64,000 nucleotides of DNA from a virus, in IMG/VR virus record IMGVR_UViG_3300028364_000026, positions 1 through 64,000 of that record. One strand, written 5' to 3'. Below, piece by piece: positions 30,667 to 39,870 of the stretch. A model generated the notes under the pieces. It saw nothing but the letters and a program-made list of their open reading frames with translations, did no database searches and had not been told where the DNA came from. Position 1 is the first letter of the stretch. Each line of letters opens with the position of its first letter. A program made the position numbers and the translations under genes.

Positions 30667-31359
30667 TTAATTTTTATTTTGATTTGCTGCTAACCTAACC
30701 ACCTCACTTGGTGTTATATCATTTCCTATAATATGTCTTATTGCACCACCATTTTGTGTAACTGCTGCTAACTGAACTTGTTCACTTGGCGTAATACCTT
30801 TTTCTATTATATGTACTATCGCATAACCATTTTGTTTAACTGCTACTAACTGAAGCGATTCACTTGGATTCTGTATGAATTCTATCGCATAACCATCTTG
30901 TGTGACTGCCACTAACTGAAGCGATTTACTTGGGTTATCTATATATTGTATAACAAAACCATTTTCTGTAACTGCTGCTAACTGAACCGCTTCACTTGGA
31001 TTCTGTATGAATTCTATCGCACCACCATTTTCTGTAACTGCTGCTAACTGAACCGCTTCACTTGGGTTATCTATATATCGTATCGCACCACCATTTTGTT
31101 TAACTGCCACTAACTGAACTTGTTCACTTGGATTCTCTATATATTGTATCGCCCAACCATCTTGTGTAACTGCCGCTAACTGAACATCTTCTGGTAATTC
31201 ACCATAATAATATTTAATGTACCTTGTATCTTGTTTAATACTAAGTTCCATTTTTCTTAAATAAGAGGTTTTATTATTATCATTTAACCGATTAAATTGC
31301 TCTATGGGAATTCCATTTCCAGTATTTATGTATTGTTTAATTAAATCTTTATTGTTCAT
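30667..31359 (-). CDS. DUF4116-like repeat protein, paralogue P5 (7 repeats)
   Basis: same constant leader and repeat unit as P1; first gene of the P5-P2 operon, ATATTTAT at 31383-31390. Confidence 0.85.
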   Translation of the reverse strand: MNNKDLIKQYINTGNGIPIEQFNRLNDNNKTSYLRKMELSIKQDTRYIKYYYGELPEDVQLAAVTQDGWAIQYIENPSEQVQLVAVKQNGGAIRYIDNPSEAVQLAAVTENGGAIEFIQNPSEAVQLAAVTENGFVIQYIDNPSKSLQLVAVTQDGYAIEFIQNPSESLQLVAVKQNGYAIVHIIEKGITPSEQVQLAAVTQNGGAIRHIIGNDITPSEVVRLAANQNKN

Positions 31360-31558
31360 GGTTTATCTATAACGTTTTCAATATAAATATGATAAAATAT
31401 TAAATAAAAACTAGAAACTGTAAGTATTTTAATTTAATTACTACTTTACAAAAAAATAGTAATAACTATATTATAAGTGAATAAATAATATATTCGGTTA
31501 GACCAAAAATACATAATTAATTTTAACGATAACATAAATACAAATAAACAAAAATAAA

Positions 31559-32509
31559 ATGGGTTGGGTTCATAATAAAACAATAGGGTTAATGTTGGCT
31601 TTTTCAAAAGTTGAAAAAAATTCATTATCGCAAGAGAGAAATATGTTAAGTGATAACGCATCAAAGCATTCAGAAAAAGAAACTGGTAAATTAATGCATG
31701 ATTTATTAAATAATGTAGTTTCGCAAGAAGTAAAAAATCTAAGGTGGAGAACCTATAAAGTCTTTAGTGCATCTAAAAATTTTAAAACGACCATTACAAG
31801 TTATGATGAAAATGATTTACCAATCGTTTCTAGTGAACAAACAATAGGTAAGGCGACCATTTTCAATAAATTTAAGTTTGACAAATTCGATTCTTATCCA
31901 GTAGAACACATATATTATAATCAAGAATCAACGTTAAGTCTAAATGATATTTCAGCTAGTAAAGACCTTATAATGCTAGACAATCCCACCCAACAAGAAG
32001 ACGGTAGCGAGACAATTGGGACTATCGATGGGTTGGCCATGTTTTCTTATAATAAAGGTGATTTCCCAATTATTATAAACAGAATGACAGTACCTAATTT
32101 TAATATTGAAAATTACACAAAAAAAATAGTTGTTAGGAAAATAAACTCAGAACAACGATTACTAGAATTTTATGTTAGCAAATACCCAGATGAATACAAC
32201 AGAAGAAGTAGGTTGTTTTTAAGTGCGTTAAAAAAAGCTATTGATAAACCATATAGTGCTAGTATGCTAGAAATTAATTCAGTTGAATACGTAACATACT
32301 TGGCTATTGGGGTTAATGATTTTTTACATTATAAATACGAACTAGAAAAATTTGATAAGATAATTGAGTTTGACGGTTCTTACGTAATTAAATTTATTTG
32401 TAATGTAACCAAAGATGGTATTAGTGTAATCGACAAATATAAAGAAGAAGGGATAGAAAAAAAATATGCAAATAAGGTTAAAGAAAATAATAATAAAACG
32501 GTTAAATAA
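31559..32509 (+). CDS. hypothetical protein
   Basis: 316-aa ORF with A-rich start context. Confidence 0.7.
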   Translation: MGWVHNKTIGLMLAFSKVEKNSLSQERNMLSDNASKHSEKETGKLMHDLLNNVVSQEVKNLRWRTYKVFSASKNFKTTITSYDENDLPIVSSEQTIGKATIFNKFKFDKFDSYPVEHIYYNQESTLSLNDISASKDLIMLDNPTQQEDGSETIGTIDGLAMFSYNKGDFPIIINRMTVPNFNIENYTKKIVVRKINSEQRLLEFYVSKYPDEYNRRSRLFLSALKKAIDKPYSASMLEINSVEYVTYLAIGVNDFLHYKYELEKFDKIIEFDGSYVIKFICNVTKDGISVIDKYKEEGIEKKYANKVKENNNKTVK

Positions 32510-32520
32510 TAATCTAACTT

Positions 32521-34248
32521 ATGACAAAAAGAAGTGTATCCACAGCAACAACGAAAACAACTGTAGCTAAAACTAAAAAAAATAAAATAGAAGATAATGG
32601 AGAAGGTTTTGAATCGAAAGCTAATCTTTTATCTCAAATAAAGTTAGTTTTAAAACACAAAAACGAGAACCAAAAAAAACTAACTCAATCAATTAAAGAT
32701 AACGATGTTACAATATGTACTGGTTCAGCTGGTACTGGTAAAGCACAACCACTTGATTCATTAATTTTAACACCAAACGGGTATGTAACCATGGGTAGTA
32801 TAAAATTAGGTGATAATGTTATTGGTGTCAACGGCAACCCGATAAAGGTTGATGGGGTTTACCCTAAAGGTGAAAAAGAAATTTATATTATTACTTTTTC
32901 AGACGGAACATCAACGGAATGTTGTGGAGAACATTTATGGTTTACACAAACAGATTTAGATAGAAAGAAAGTAACATTAGGTGATGAAACTAATAAATAT
33001 GGTTCTGTTAAAAACACAATCGAAATAATGAATAGTCTGCTTGTTGGTGATGATTTAGCAAAATTAAACCACACTATACCAATTGTTAAACCAATCAATT
33101 TTATAAAAAAACAAGTAGTGTTAGAACCTTATTCACTTGGGTGTTTATTAAGCAATATTGATTATAGAGTTAACACTATACCTGACTCCTCAGATAATAA
33201 CGCTATACCAGAAGAATACTTAATTAATGACGTAAATACCAGAATAGAACTGTTACAAGGGTTATTAGATACAGAAGGTTCAGTCGATGAAAGTTCTGGG
33301 ACCCCAGTGTTTTATTCTATTTCCGAAAAATTAATTGAAAATGTTATGTTTTTAATTCAATCACTAGGTGGAACAGCGATTAAAACAAAAGAAATTAATG
33401 ATATTTATAAATTAAATATTAATTTACCATCTGACATAGTTCCCTTTAAATCAGAAACTAAAATACGTTTATTAAAACAAAAAAATAAAAATCATCCTAT
33501 TAGATATATTAAAAACATTGAACTAAAAGGTAATAAAGAGGTTCAATGTATTTCAGTTGATGATAGTAATCATTTATATTTGACAAACGATTGTATTGTA
33601 ACACACAACACTTATTTGTCATGTCTTCAATCCCTTTTAGAAATAAAAAGCGATAACAAAATAAATAAAATAGTTTTAGTTAAATCAGTCACAACATTAA
33701 AAACAGAAGAAATTGGTTTTTTAAAAGGTTCGATGGAGGAAAAAATGGAACCATTCATGTATTCGTTTACTGGTAATTTCGAAAAACTAATTGGTGGTGG
33801 TTTATTTAAAAAACTAAAAGAAAATCAAACTATTCAAATATTACCAATAGCTTATCTTAGAGGTGTAAACATTGACAATGCGGTAGTTATTATTGACGAA
33901 GCTCAAAATATTAGTATTGATAACATAAGAACTATTTTAACTAGGTTAGGTGAAAACAGTAAAATGGTTTTTTTAGGTGACACTAAACAAATAGATGTTA
34001 AGAATAAATATGATAGTGCTTTAGGTTTTTTAATTGAAAATTTTAAAACAATAAATAATATTGGGATTGTAGAATTCACTAAAGAAGATATAATAAGACA
34101 TAAGTTAATCAAAGTCATTGAGGACGTATTTGATAAATTAGAAGAAGAAAAAAAAATAAAAAACACTATAAGACCAAAAATCGCTCATAAACAAATTATA
34201 GTAAAACCAAAAAATACTATATTAGAACGCATTAAGAATTTATTTTAA
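32521..34248 (+). CDS. phoH: PhoH-family ATPase with intein
   Basis: GSAGTGK|T P-loop, IGFLKG..EKMEP, AYLRG, IIDEAQN, TRLG..SKMVFLGD..QID. Confidence 0.93.
   Translation: MTKRSVSTATTKTTVAKTKKNKIEDNGEGFESKANLLSQIKLVLKHKNENQKKLTQSIKDNDVTICTGSAGTGKAQPLDSLILTPNGYVTMGSIKLGDNVIGVNGNPIKVDGVYPKGEKEIYIITFSDGTSTECCGEHLWFTQTDLDRKKVTLGDETNKYGSVKNTIEIMNSLLVGDDLAKLNHTIPIVKPINFIKKQVVLEPYSLGCLLSNIDYRVNTIPDSSDNNAIPEEYLINDVNTRIELLQGLLDTEGSVDESSGTPVFYSISEKLIENVMFLIQSLGGTAIKTKEINDIYKLNINLPSDIVPFKSETKIRLLKQKNKNHPIRYIKNIELKGNKEVQCISVDDSNHLYLTNDCIVTHNTYLSCLQSLLEIKSDNKINKIVLVKSVTTLKTEEIGFLKGSMEEKMEPFMYSFTGNFEKLIGGGLFKKLKENQTIQILPIAYLRGVNIDNAVVIIDEAQNISIDNIRTILTRLGENSKMVFLGDTKQIDVKNKYDSALGFLIENFKTINNIGIVEFTKEDIIRHKLIKVIEDVFDKLEEEKKIKNTIRPKIAHKQIIVKPKNTILERIKNLF
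32743..33609 (+). mobile_element. class 3-type intein (289 aa, Ala start) in the PhoH P-loop
   Basis: starts AQPLDS, ends CIVTHN before Thr+1; EHLW, VQCISV and VTHN give the Trp-Cys-Thr triad. Confidence 0.9.
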
Positions 34249-34272
34249 TAAAAACTATCTTTTACTTTACTT

Positions 34273-34312
34273 ATCCCTATCAAACCATTAAATTGGTTTA
34301 TTAGGGATTTTT
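34273..34312 (+). terminator. terminator-like hairpin
   Basis: ATCCCTA..AAACCA / TGGTTT..TAGGGAT followed by TTTT. Confidence 0.5.
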
Positions 34313-34349
34313 AATTCTAAATAAATAATAAAAAACAAATAAAAAAAAC

Positions 34350-34952
34350 ATGGCAAAAATAGCTGTTTCATTAAACGAAGTTGTGAGAGATTTCTTAGGT
34401 CAATTAGTAAGCACCCACAATAAATATTTACCTCCAATTGATTTAGTTGAAGGAGATGTAACCGACTTTAATCTTGTTTCTCATTTTAATTTTACGAGTG
34501 TTAATCAAATGAATAATTTTATTTTTTTGGAAGCACCTCTTGAAATTTTTGGGCATGCCGATGTATTAACAGATGGTTTAATGAATTCGTTTAACAACTT
34601 AATAATGGATATTTCAGACGATGAAGAACACACAATTGAAATTACCAGCCGTGAAGTAGATAAAAGCATTCCATCAACTTTCTTTTACTTATCTAAGACT
34701 GGCTGTAAAATTAAAAATATTAGGTTCGTTACACAGAACATAGATGAATGGGGTGATGCTGATGTATTAATCACAGCCAACCCAATTGCTTTAGCAAATA
34801 AACCGAATGGTAAAATAAGTGTAAAGGTAAATGCGTCATATAATACAGATGTCAATGCAGATTTTACAATAGATTCCTTATTAGAATTTATTAATGACAT
34901 TAATTTTAGAAACACTGTATTAAATACAAAAATAATAAGTTACGAAGAATAA
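34350..34952 (+). CDS. 5'(3')-deoxyribonucleotidase-like HAD-fold protein, degenerate motif I
   Basis: KIAVSLNEVVRDF aligns with the IAIDxDxVL pattern; ITSR, DVLI and YN motifs. Confidence 0.55.
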   Translation: MAKIAVSLNEVVRDFLGQLVSTHNKYLPPIDLVEGDVTDFNLVSHFNFTSVNQMNNFIFLEAPLEIFGHADVLTDGLMNSFNNLIMDISDDEEHTIEITSREVDKSIPSTFFYLSKTGCKIKNIRFVTQNIDEWGDADVLITANPIALANKPNGKISVKVNASYNTDVNADFTIDSLLEFINDINFRNTVLNTKIISYEE

Positions 34953-34965
34953 AAAAAAAAGAGAA

Positions 34966-35328
34966 ATGATTGAATTTGCTGGTATTGCATATAAATTAGA
35001 TTTAAACGCTTTTTCTAAAGCGATAGAAGTTGAGGGTCAGAAACATACGGATATTTTAAGTGAAAAAGTTTTTAAGGAACACTTAAATGAACTTAATGCT
35101 TTTCAAACCACTGAAATAACAACAAACGAAACACTACGTGGGGTAACAATTGATTCTACTAAGTATGAACTTCTTAGGTTCTTAATTGATATGATTATTG
35201 ATGAAGAACTACATGATTCACCAGATGAAAGTTTAGGTATAGATAGATTTATGAGTAAAAAAAGTTTCGGTTATAGATTAGCTTTTAACACACTATTAGA
35301 TAATAAAATTCTTGTAGGAGAAGAATAA
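34966..35328 (+). CDS. hypothetical protein
   Basis: ORF in operon. Confidence 0.65.
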   Translation: MIEFAGIAYKLDLNAFSKAIEVEGQKHTDILSEKVFKEHLNELNAFQTTEITTNETLRGVTIDSTKYELLRFLIDMIIDEELHDSPDESLGIDRFMSKKSFGYRLAFNTLLDNKILVGEE

Positions 35329-35355
35329 AACAAAATAAATAAATAAAAATATAAA

Positions 35356-36489
35356 ATGGAAAAGAATTTAGAAAAAATTGATACACAAATTTCTCAATTA
35401 ACAGAAGTTATAGAAAAAATCGAAAATAAAGATTTTAGTATCTACTATTTCACACTAGACACCAAAGGTAACCCAACAGCTGGTGTTGCTAATATTTACG
35501 AACACGTAAAATTATTAAATGAATTAGGTTATAAAGCGTTTATTCTACATGAGAGAGACGATTATAAGTTATATAAAGACGAAGATGGTCAAGGGTTAGC
35601 CGACTGGTTAGGTGATGAGTATGCTGTATTACCACATATTTCAATACAAGGACAAACATTAAATGTTTCACCTTCAGACATTATTTTAATTCCAGAGATT
35701 TTTTCAACAATCATGGAACAAATAAAAGGGTTTCCTTGTAAAAAGATTGTTTTATCTCAAAGTTATGATTACTTATTAGATTTACTACCTATCGGCACGA
35801 GATGGAACGTTGATTATGGTTTTAATGATGTGATAACTACTTCTGAAAAACAAGCAAACTATATTAAAAATTTGTTTCCTTCTATTTCAACACACATTGT
35901 GCCTGTGTCTATTCCTAAATACTTCAAGGACAGCGATAAACCAAAAATCCCAGTAGTTGCTATTCTTACTAGAAATCAAGGTGAAGCCGCAAAAATAGCT
36001 AAGGCGTTTTATTTACAATTCCCAATATACAAGTGGGTTACTTTTAAAGAATTAAGAAATATCCCAAGAGAAAAGTTTGCAGAAGAATTAGGTAAGTGTT
36101 GTTTAGCTATTTGGGTTGACGAAACATCTGGTTTTGGTACTTTCCCATTAGAAGCTATGGAAACGAATACACCAATCATTGGTAAAATACCTAATATGGT
36201 TCCAGAATGGATGGAAACCCAAGACAAAGATGGTAATGTAACAATCACCGACAATGGTATTTGGACAAGTACAACTACAAATATTCCAGAATTAATTTCC
36301 ACATACTTAAAACTTTGGTTAGAGGATTCAGTACCAACCGAATTAACTGATACAATGGAAGCGACTAAAGGTCGTTACTCTGTTGAAAATCAAATGGAAA
36401 AAATAACATCTGTTTATGACAGTATTATAACTAATCGTGTTTTAGAATTTAAGCAGAGAGTTTCAATTTTAGAATTAAGTAAGAAATAA
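35356..36489 (+). CDS. GT-B glycosyltransferase-like protein
   Basis: AGVANIYEHVKLLNELGY, ILIPE, SGFGTFPLEAM..TPIIG. Confidence 0.8.
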   Translation: MEKNLEKIDTQISQLTEVIEKIENKDFSIYYFTLDTKGNPTAGVANIYEHVKLLNELGYKAFILHERDDYKLYKDEDGQGLADWLGDEYAVLPHISIQGQTLNVSPSDIILIPEIFSTIMEQIKGFPCKKIVLSQSYDYLLDLLPIGTRWNVDYGFNDVITTSEKQANYIKNLFPSISTHIVPVSIPKYFKDSDKPKIPVVAILTRNQGEAAKIAKAFYLQFPIYKWVTFKELRNIPREKFAEELGKCCLAIWVDETSGFGTFPLEAMETNTPIIGKIPNMVPEWMETQDKDGNVTITDNGIWTSTTTNIPELISTYLKLWLEDSVPTELTDTMEATKGRYSVENQMEKITSVYDSIITNRVLEFKQRVSILELSKK

Positions 36490-36510
36490 AAATTAACAAA
36501 AAAAGACAAA

Positions 36511-37308
36511 ATGAAAAATAAAAATAGTATTTCAGTGATTATTCCAGTCCATGAATTGGATGAAATCACTACACAGACTTTCGGTAAAGCAATTGAAAGT
36601 ATTATCATCCAACTTGAACGACCAGAAGAAGTTGTTATTGTTGTCCCTAAAGGTAGTTTAGCACTATCATTCATGAAATCATTTGATTTTGGGGAAATAA
36701 AAAATATTGTAGTAATTGCTGAAAACGATGGTTTAACAGATTTTTCCTCTCAAGTTAATTTTGGGGTAGAATACTCTAAAATGGATTGGATTAGTGTTTT
36801 AGAATACGATGACGAATATTCTAATATTTGGTTTAAAAATGTGGTTAAATACAGAGATGCATATAAAAATACTGAACTATTCTTACCAATTGTTGTAGAT
36901 GTTGACAATACTGGAGCTTTTAATGGGTTTACAAATGAAGCTGTTTGGGCGAATGAGTTTTCAGAACAATTAGGTATTTTAGATACTGATGCTTTATTAG
37001 CATACCAAAATTTCAACATTGATGGGATGGTTATTAAGAAAAGTGTTTATCAAGAGTTTGGTGGTTTTAAACCATCGGTAAAATTAACTTTCATTACAGA
37101 ATTTTTACTTAGAATGACTTTCAAAGACGTAAAAGTGATGGTAATCCCTAAATTTGGTTATAAACACATTAATCTTAGAGAGGGTGGGTTATTTTCTACT
37201 TATAAACAAACTATGGACCCAACTGAAGTAAAATGGTGGTTAAATGTAGCAAAAAAGGAATACTTTTTTGATAAAGACAGAGAACTAACATACGATAAAC
37301 AACTTTAA
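36511..37308 (+). CDS. GT-A (GT2-family) glycosyltransferase
   Basis: ISVIIPVH, EVVIV, NFGV, EYDD (DxD-equivalent), FGGF. Confidence 0.85.
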   Translation: MKNKNSISVIIPVHELDEITTQTFGKAIESIIIQLERPEEVVIVVPKGSLALSFMKSFDFGEIKNIVVIAENDGLTDFSSQVNFGVEYSKMDWISVLEYDDEYSNIWFKNVVKYRDAYKNTELFLPIVVDVDNTGAFNGFTNEAVWANEFSEQLGILDTDALLAYQNFNIDGMVIKKSVYQEFGGFKPSVKLTFITEFLLRMTFKDVKVMVIPKFGYKHINLREGGLFSTYKQTMDPTEVKWWLNVAKKEYFFDKDRELTYDKQL

Positions 37309-37311
37309 TGG

Positions 37312-38040
37312 ATGGTAACCAAAAAAACTAGGAAGTCCAAAACTAAAATGTATTTTGGTCCAGAGCAAGAACAAGCCGTTTTGGACTACATAGATAGCAG
37401 TGATGAAACTTTAAAAAATAACATATTTAACGAATGGTTGAAAGCACCAATCGATAAAATGGTTGAATCTATTATAAGACGTTATGGGTTATATAGGAAG
37501 ACTGAAACATTCGATATTTCACATACTGACGCTGTTTCTGATTTAATGACTAAGATACATAAATTTAAACATGGTAAAGGTAAAAAAGCCTATTCATATT
37601 TTGGGACTATAATAAAAAATTACGTTCTTGGTTTGTTGATTAAAGACGCTAAACATTTAAAGAAAATGACATCATATGATATTGTTGCAAGTTCTTTAGA
37701 AGAAAGTGAAGAATTTTCATACCATATTGATACAGAAGAATTTGTTTTTGATGAATTCTTTATTAAACTATCCAATGGTATTAAAGAAGAAATGAAAGAC
37801 GATGATTATCCAGTAAAGAAAAAGCTGAGTGAGAACGAAAAAAAATTAGGTTATTCGTTAATTGATATATTAGAAAATTGGGAAACTTTATTTGAAGGAA
37901 TGGAAGGTGGTTCAAAATATAATAAAAATTCAGTTTTAGAAACAATTAGAAACTATACCAATCTTTCAACTAAAGATATTAGATTATGTATGAAGCGATA
38001 TAAAGCGGTATATGATTTATTAAAAAATCATGGGTTGTAG
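37312..38040 (+). CDS. phage late sigma factor, T4 gp55-like
   Basis: N-terminal MYFG..EQAV and KF....KAYSYFGTIIKN region-2 motif. Confidence 0.7.
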   Translation: MVTKKTRKSKTKMYFGPEQEQAVLDYIDSSDETLKNNIFNEWLKAPIDKMVESIIRRYGLYRKTETFDISHTDAVSDLMTKIHKFKHGKGKKAYSYFGTIIKNYVLGLLIKDAKHLKKMTSYDIVASSLEESEEFSYHIDTEEFVFDEFFIKLSNGIKEEMKDDDYPVKKKLSENEKKLGYSLIDILENWETLFEGMEGGSKYNKNSVLETIRNYTNLSTKDIRLCMKRYKAVYDLLKNHGL

Positions 38041-38078
38041 AATAATAATTTTTACTATATTTATATATAAACATCATC

Positions 38079-38450
38079 ATGGGAAGAAAGAAAAAACAAG
38101 ACATTAAAGTAAACGATAATAATTCTTTAGAAGGAGTTATGCAAGAAGTATATAATGACGCATGTCTACAAATAATTGAAACCCAAAACTGTATCAATGA
38201 ATTAGGTGTGGGTAACAAGCCAGAGAATATTGGTGAAGTTGCTATAATAGTAAAAGAAAAAGGTGGTATGCTTAAATTAAAAGATTCCGCAATTAGAATA
38301 AAATTAGAAGTCGCCAAACTGCAAAGTGATATCATAAAAAACAGAGGTGATGTTGTTTCTAGTGTAGATGAAAGAAGTGCTGGTACTGCATCAATAAAAG
38401 ATTTTAATTCTATTAGAGAAATGTTAAAAAATAATAAAGAACAAAAATAA
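38079..38450 (+). CDS. hypothetical coiled-coil protein
   Basis: ORF preceded by ATATTTAT at 38057-38064. Confidence 0.65.
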   Translation: MGRKKKQDIKVNDNNSLEGVMQEVYNDACLQIIETQNCINELGVGNKPENIGEVAIIVKEKGGMLKLKDSAIRIKLEVAKLQSDIIKNRGDVVSSVDERSAGTASIKDFNSIREMLKNNKEQK

Positions 38451-38457
38451 CTTTTTC

Positions 38458-39870
38458 ATGAGTCAAATAGACAAGAAGAAAAAAATATTTGGTAACATAG
38501 CTGCATCTAAAACTTTGACTGAAACAATGCCAAAGATACTAGCTGTGTTACAATCAACAAATAATGATTCAAACGTAATTAATTTTTTAACTGATTTAAT
38601 TAAACAATTAATTGGACAAAAAGAATTAGACACCACAATTGTTGACTTCTTAACCAAGTTATTACCTAAAATTGAAACAACAATTAAAAAAGCATTAAAA
38701 TCTCAACTAAAAAGTATAGTTAGTTGCGGAATAAACCCATCTATACCTACATTTTTAAAATCCAATGGAGATGGGATTGTAATTGAAGTTAAAAAAATTG
38801 ATTTTACTGACCTATTAAAAATAGACCCAGAATCATCAATAGGTTCTTTGGTATACTTAGATTCACGTAATGGTTTACAATCAAGTGATTTAAATACTTT
38901 TATACACGCTGTAATTCAGGATGATGGTGTTGAACATGCTTGGAAGGGGATATTAAATTTTAAATTTGTATCATTGGATGCCAATGGCGTTAATCCAAAT
39001 AACTCATTAATTATAAAAGCAACAGCTCTTTATGAAAACAAATCTTTTAATGATTTAAATAATGATTTTGTTGATTCAATTAAATTATTCGATACAGCAA
39101 ATATTATTAACAAGGTGATGGACATTATTTTTGGTTCAATCTCATTTAATTTAAAAAAAACATCTAAACAATTAGAAATAGAAGGTAAAATAAATGCTGT
39201 TGTTGATAAATTAGTTGATTTAGATGAAGAGGATATTATTAGTGATGATTATTTCACTTTTAATAACGAAGAATTATCAAAAATACAAACAGAAGCCGAC
39301 AACAGAAAAAGAGGTTTTATTGAATTAGAAACTAGCTCTAAGGTTTCTGCAACAATAAGTGAACAACAATTAGTGGCACTTAGTCAAGAAATGGGTACTG
39401 CTGTCACAAAGAAAGAACAAAAGGATGTATTAACTAAGAATCTTGGAGCTATGGCCAAATCAAATACAGCTAACTCAAGAAACAAAGCGGATAATTCAAC
39501 AATAGAAGTTAATTTTATTCAATCTATTATAGCTAATTTATTAAAAGCTATAATTGGTGTGTTACTAACACCAAAAATCGTATCTTTGTTTTTAATTAAT
39601 TTTAAAGTTGTTAATGGACCAGAAGCTAAATTTGAAAATGGGATTGATTTTATAAAAAAAAATAATAACTTATTTAAAGTTATAGTAAAAGCAATAACTT
39701 TAGAATTGAGTAAGTTATTAGTAGCTATTGTTTTAAAACATATAGCAAAACTTACACTTAAAGTTCAAGCGAAAAAAAGAATTGATAAACAAAAAAATAA
39801 ATTGGTTCAAATGTTGAGTTTAATCGGAACTCCTCAAGAAGCACTAAGGACAATTAAAGGTTTAAGTTAA
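38458..39870 (+). CDS. hypothetical helical virion/baseplate protein
   Basis: 470-aa ORF in operon with the gp5-like gene. Confidence 0.6.
   Translation: MSQIDKKKKIFGNIAASKTLTETMPKILAVLQSTNNDSNVINFLTDLIKQLIGQKELDTTIVDFLTKLLPKIETTIKKALKSQLKSIVSCGINPSIPTFLKSNGDGIVIEVKKIDFTDLLKIDPESSIGSLVYLDSRNGLQSSDLNTFIHAVIQDDGVEHAWKGILNFKFVSLDANGVNPNNSLIIKATALYENKSFNDLNNDFVDSIKLFDTANIINKVMDIIFGSISFNLKKTSKQLEIEGKINAVVDKLVDLDEEDIISDDYFTFNNEELSKIQTEADNRKRGFIELETSSKVSATISEQQLVALSQEMGTAVTKKEQKDVLTKNLGAMAKSNTANSRNKADNSTIEVNFIQSIIANLLKAIIGVLLTPKIVSLFLINFKVVNGPEAKFENGIDFIKKNNNLFKVIVKAITLELSKLLVAIVLKHIAKLTLKVQAKKRIDKQKNKLVQMLSLIGTPQEALRTIKGLS

Larger units (their letters stand above)
26626..31359 (-). repeat. coding array of 38 units of 66 bp (22 aa) or 78 bp (26 aa) across five paralogues, plus five copies of a ~190-bp leader
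   Basis: recurring TCACTTGG and GCTAACTGAAC blocks at 66-bp period. Confidence 0.9.

Noticed and set aside
26626-31359. CRISPR array suggested by the 66-bp periodicity
   Set aside because: Units are in-frame coding repeats, the variable parts are homologous to each other, and no cas genes are present
26626-31359. Diversity-generating retroelement as the source of variation (many X1 codons are NNT)
   Set aside because: No reverse transcriptase or separate non-coding template repeat in the window; GAA and TGG codons and block swaps fit recombination better; NNT also reflects AT-rich codon bias. Not excluded if an RT acts in trans from elsewhere in the genome
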